From Acidobacteriota bacterium (lineage in GTDB: Bacteria; Acidobacteriota; UBA6911): a stretch of 64,000 nucleotides of DNA. The notes under the pieces were generated by a model. It had not been told where the DNA came from. It ran no database searches and saw nothing but the letters and a program-made list of their open reading frames with translations. Location: assembly GCA_963664705.1 (NCBI GenBank), contig OY761556.1, positions 928,001 through 992,000 on the forward strand. Direction: 5' to 3'. Below are positions 60,319 through 64,000 of this stretch, piece after piece (position 1 is the first letter of the stretch; every line of letters begins with the position of its first letter). A program made the translations under genes and the position numbers.

Positions 60319-61374
60319 ATGAGGGACAGGTTATTTTTTCATGCTCTATTGCTTCTGGTTGTCTGCGGAAGCCTGGGGCCTGCTGTTTCGGCGGAAGACA
60401 ATTGCGCGCCGTCGGGCGATCTTAGCTTTGTTTGCGGGCCGACGAGCGTCGAGGATCTCGTTATTGTGCCGGGGACTCATTGGTTGATCGGAAGCGGCAT
60501 GATGGAGGGGCGCACCCCCGGCAAACTCCATTTGATAAATGCCGTCAACAAAACCTGGGAGGTACTTTATCCCGGCCCTGCTGCGCACAATGTTCCCGAC
60601 AGGATCAATTTTCCATCCTGCCCCGGTTCGCCGGATCCATCTGCCTTTGGAGCCCATGGCATTGCCATTTCCGGCGACGGCGGTAAAAAAAGCGTGATCC
60701 TGGCCGTGAACCACGGGCGGGAAGCGATTGAGGTTTTCCATTTGGACGCTTCCGGAGCCAAGCCGGTTATCTCCTGGGTGGGCTGTGTTTCAATGGGGGA
60801 AACCAACTTTGGGAATTCGGTTGCCTTCCTGCCCGATGGCGGGTTTGTGGCAACCAAGTTCTATGACACAAAGGCCCCCGGAGGTGTTGCCTCTATTTTT
60901 GCCGGGGGGACGACCGGAGGTGTCACGGAATGGCATCCAAAAACTGGGTTGAAGACGCTGCCCGGCACAGACGTTGCCGGCGCCAATGGAATTGAGGTTT
61001 CCGGGAATGGCAAATTCATCTATGTTGCGGCATGGGGATCGCAGGAGCTCGTTCGCTATTCCCGTGGAACTGGCCCGCTCCGGAAGGATGTCGTGAAGCT
61101 CGGATTCTGTCCCGATAATCTGCGCTGGACTGCGGATCGCAAGCTGATCATCGCCGGACAGAACACGGTGCCGGGCGTTTCCGATCGCGGCTTTCCCAAA
61201 TTCAAAGGTTGGACGGTGGTAAAGCTGGATCCGGATACGCTGAAGTTTACCCAGGTTGCAAAGGATGACGGATCATCGCCGTTCCAGAATGTCAGCGCGG
61301 CGGTAGAACTTGATTCCACGTTATGGCTTGGCGTGTATGCCGGGAACCGTGTCGCCTATCGGCGCTCCAGGTAG
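60319..61374 (+). CDS. Exported six-bladed beta-propeller lactonase/arylesterase (SMP-30/PON-like)
   Basis: Signal peptide; EDL, HG, NSVA, ANGI, PDNL. Confidence 0.78.
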   Translation: MRDRLFFHALLLLVVCGSLGPAVSAEDNCAPSGDLSFVCGPTSVEDLVIVPGTHWLIGSGMMEGRTPGKLHLINAVNKTWEVLYPGPAAHNVPDRINFPSCPGSPDPSAFGAHGIAISGDGGKKSVILAVNHGREAIEVFHLDASGAKPVISWVGCVSMGETNFGNSVAFLPDGGFVATKFYDTKAPGGVASIFAGGTTGGVTEWHPKTGLKTLPGTDVAGANGIEVSGNGKFIYVAAWGSQELVRYSRGTGPLRKDVVKLGFCPDNLRWTADRKLIIAGQNTVPGVSDRGFPKFKGWTVVKLDPDTLKFTQVAKDDGSSPFQNVSAAVELDSTLWLGVYAGNRVAYRRSR

Positions 61375-61436
61375 GATGTTGGGAGGAGGCGCGCCAACCG
61401 GAATGGCGTTGCACCCGGTCGGCGCGCTGAAAAAAT

Positions 61437-62402
61437 CTAGCGTACCAGTTTTCGTACCGCTTCAATCAGTTTGGATTTGTCCGGCAGGACAAATTTTTCC
61501 ATTGGCGGGCTGAAGGGTATGGGAACATCCAGTCCGCAGACGCGGGCCGGCGCGCTTTTCAGTTTTCCGAAAGTTTCCTTGTCGGCCGAAACAAAAGCCA
61601 GAATTTCCGCGGCGGCTCCGCAGGTTTGGCATGCTTCATCGATAACAATCAGTCGTCCCGTCTTGCGAACCGATTGAATCACCGTTTCCTTGTCGAAGGG
61701 GACCAGTGTTCGCGGGTCGATGACTTCCAGCGAAATGCCTTCCTTGGCGAGATCCTCCGCGGCTCCCAGGGCTTCATACACCATCCGTGCGAACGCTACC
61801 ACCGTAACATCCGTTCCTTCTCTTCTCACGGAGGCTTTGCCGAATGGGAGGAAATACTCTTCTTCGGGGACTTGTCCCGTCATTCCGCCCAGCAGAAACG
61901 GCTCAAACGAAATAACCGGGTTGTTTTCCGTCAGCGCGGTTTTCAACAAGCCCTTTACGTCATAGGGAGTGGTGGGCAGTAGAATCTTAAGTCCGGGGAC
62001 ATTCATGAACATGGAGTAGGGGCTGATGGAATGTTCGGCTGCTCCTGAATATCCGGCTCCTACGGTCATGCGGATCAAAATCGGGAATTTCGCCTGTCCG
62101 CCGAACATGTAAGTGATTTTGGCGGCATGGTTCATCATCTGGTCCAGGGCAACAAAGCCGAATGTAGCCATACGCAGGTTGACGACGGTCCGGAAACCGG
62201 AACCTGCCAGTCCAATGGAGGCGCCCACAAAGCTGTTTTCGGCGATAGGCGTCACCCGGATTCGGTCTGATCCAAATTCCTCTTGCAGGTCGGCTGCCAG
62301 GTCCGTCGACATGTGAACAGTTTTGGGATTCTTTCGGAATGCTTCCTGAATGGCTTCATTGGCCGCCTGTCCGTATGTAATCTCTCGCATCGATTGCCTC
62401 AT
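61437..62402 (-). CDS. 2-oxoacid/acetoin dehydrogenase E1 beta
   Basis: TPIAE, NHAAK..YMFGGQ, EVIDPRTL.P. Confidence 0.9.
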   Translation of the reverse strand: MRQSMREITYGQAANEAIQEAFRKNPKTVHMSTDLAADLQEEFGSDRIRVTPIAENSFVGASIGLAGSGFRTVVNLRMATFGFVALDQMMNHAAKITYMFGGQAKFPILIRMTVGAGYSGAAEHSISPYSMFMNVPGLKILLPTTPYDVKGLLKTALTENNPVISFEPFLLGGMTGQVPEEEYFLPFGKASVRREGTDVTVVAFARMVYEALGAAEDLAKEGISLEVIDPRTLVPFDKETVIQSVRKTGRLIVIDEACQTCGAAAEILAFVSADKETFGKLKSAPARVCGLDVPIPFSPPMEKFVLPDKSKLIEAVRKLVR

Positions 62403-62408
62403 TAGTTA

Positions 62409-63419
62409 TCAAATTGAATAAACATCTTCCAGGGCGTCCTGTGGCTGAGGGAATGGGCTTTCCAGCGCATAGGTATGCGCGTCTTCAACCTGAGCCAGAA
62501 CGGTCTTCTCGATAGCCTCGAGTTCAGAAGTCGTCAGGATTTTTCGATCGCGCAGGGTATTCGCATAAGCGGCAACGGGGCATTTTTTCTTCCAGGATTC
62601 CAGTTCCTCGGAAGGACGTAAATCTTCCAGACCCTTGGACAGGAAATGCTTGTGCCATCGATATGTTTTGCATTCCAGGAAAAAGGGGCCATTTCCTTTT
62701 CTGAGTTCGGCAATGGCTTCGCCGGCCACCTGGTACACGAGTTCCACGTCGTTCCCATAAATGGTCCGGTTGGCGACGTGATACGCCTCGGGTATCCGGG
62801 TAATATCCTTGGCGCCCATGGCATAGCGGGCGGCCGTATTAACTCCATACCCGTTGTTTTCGCAAACAAACAGCAGCGGCAATTTCCAGATGGATGCGAG
62901 ATTCAGCGATTCGTGAAATTCTCCCTCGTTGCATGCGCCATCACCAAAGAAGACGGCGGCCACATTACCCTTTTTCTCGAGTTGTGCCGCAAATGCCGCT
63001 CCGGTTGAGATCGGCAGTCCCGCCCCGACAATGCCATCGGCACCCAGCATCCCGATGCTGAAGTCGGCGATGTGCATCGAACCTCCCTTGCCTTTGCAAT
63101 AGCCGGTTTTCTTGCCATAAATCTCCGCCATCATTCTGCGCATGTCGGCGCCTTTGGCAATACAGTGGCCGTGGCCCCGATGATGGCTGACGATCCGATC
63201 CTCGCGCCGAAACTGTTTGCACACGCCGGTTGCGATGGCCTCTTCGCCGATATAAGAGTGGACAAATCCGGGAACGTTCCCCTCATACACCTCTTTGGCA
63301 ACACGCTCTTCGAAACGCCGGATCATCAACATGGTCGTGTACAAGTCAACAAGAGAGTCTTTGTCGAGATCCAACGGGGCTTGCAAGCTTGTTTCCATTT
63401 CCGCTTGTTCCAAATGCAT
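62409..63419 (-). CDS. 2-oxoacid/acetoin dehydrogenase E1 alpha (TPP)
   Basis: HRGHGH, GKGGSMH, GDGA...ENN. Confidence 0.92.
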   Translation of the reverse strand: MHLEQAEMETSLQAPLDLDKDSLVDLYTTMLMIRRFEERVAKEVYEGNVPGFVHSYIGEEAIATGVCKQFRREDRIVSHHRGHGHCIAKGADMRRMMAEIYGKKTGYCKGKGGSMHIADFSIGMLGADGIVGAGLPISTGAAFAAQLEKKGNVAAVFFGDGACNEGEFHESLNLASIWKLPLLFVCENNGYGVNTAARYAMGAKDITRIPEAYHVANRTIYGNDVELVYQVAGEAIAELRKGNGPFFLECKTYRWHKHFLSKGLEDLRPSEELESWKKKCPVAAYANTLRDRKILTTSELEAIEKTVLAQVEDAHTYALESPFPQPQDALEDVYSI

Positions 63420-63627
63420 CTGCGCCTCCGTTTTTTTATTTGCGCGATTAGTACGCTTGATTTTGCAGGGCGAACCATCCTAACGAATGCCCTCTGCCGA
63501 GTCAATCCTGATGGCATCCTCCCGGACCCGGCCAGGTTGGCAGTGAGCAGTTGCATGCGGACTGCGTGCCTGCCAGAATGGATTCAACCTTAGAGGACTA
63601 CCGGTTACTGATTCGGAGAGACAGACA

Positions 63628-64000
63628 ATGGCAAACTCTCAAGCGATGCTTCAGATTGCTCAAAAGCTTTATCCCTCCGCGCGCGTCACCGTACTCACCG
63701 GGGCAGGCGTTTCCGCGGCCAGCGGCGTTCCCACTTTTCGAGGGTCGGAGGGTTTGTGGAAATCGTACTCTCCCCAGGAATTGGCAACTCCCGAGGCGTT
63801 CAGAAGAGATCCGCAACTTGTTTGGGAATGGTACAACTGGAGGCGGGAACTGATTTCCAAATGCCAGCCAAACCCGGCGCATGAGATCCTTGCCGCCTGG
63901 AGCCGGCGATATCCTTCATTCACACTGATTACACAAAATGTCGATGGACTGCACGAAAAAGCCGGGGCCCAAAATGTTGTGCGATTCCATGGATCTATTT
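63628..64000 (+). CDS. cobB: NAD-dependent protein deacylase (sirtuin), 3' part outside window
   Basis: Hand translation: TGAGVSAASGVPTFRG, WEWYNWRR, TQNVDGLH, HGS. Confidence 0.92.
   Translation, partial: MANSQAMLQIAQKLYPSARVTVLTGAGVSAASGVPTFRGSEGLWKSYSPQELATPEAFRRDPQLVWEWYNWRRELISKCQPNPAHEILAAWSRRYPSFTLITQNVDGLHEKAGAQNVVRFHGSI

Overview
A 64-kb stretch of bacterial chromosome. Gene style suggests an anaerobic Acidobacteriota member, but this is inference. Most of it is metabolic or housekeeping: an NAD-linked formate dehydrogenase (alpha subunit cut by the window edge, plus a fused NuoE-NuoF diaphorase), transporters, exeA/gspB, fhs, aspA, a GH20 hexosaminidase, Nfu, HU, dppBC-like permeases, rlmI, cca, lepB, E1 alpha/beta and a partial cobB. 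Three loci stand out. (1) 42.3-53.2 kb, largely low-GC: a giant pseudokinase-STAND-TPR-GAF-sigma54 activator, a membrane HD-GYP/GAF/degenerate-GGDEF protein and an RRE(PqqD-like)-M50 peptidase-HlyD fusion. Unannotated micro-ORFs lie between them (MQTDIEILESRETPMIIWVG and (MIKEETA)MASAILWL), which I read as a candidate Trp-peptide signalling system. (2) 23.4-28.5 kb: an AmmeMemoRadiSam operon that appears to be exported, with a Tat signal plus CxxCH on the radical SAM enzyme, a Sec-like signal on a Memo-AMMECR1 fusion, and a membrane spermidine-synthase-like partner. (3) 17.5-23.3 kb: a ceramide-biosynthesis-like cluster with an ACP fused to the alpha-oxoamine synthase. I found no rRNA, tRNA, CRISPR array or transposase. 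All calls come from reading motifs by eye; no searches were run.
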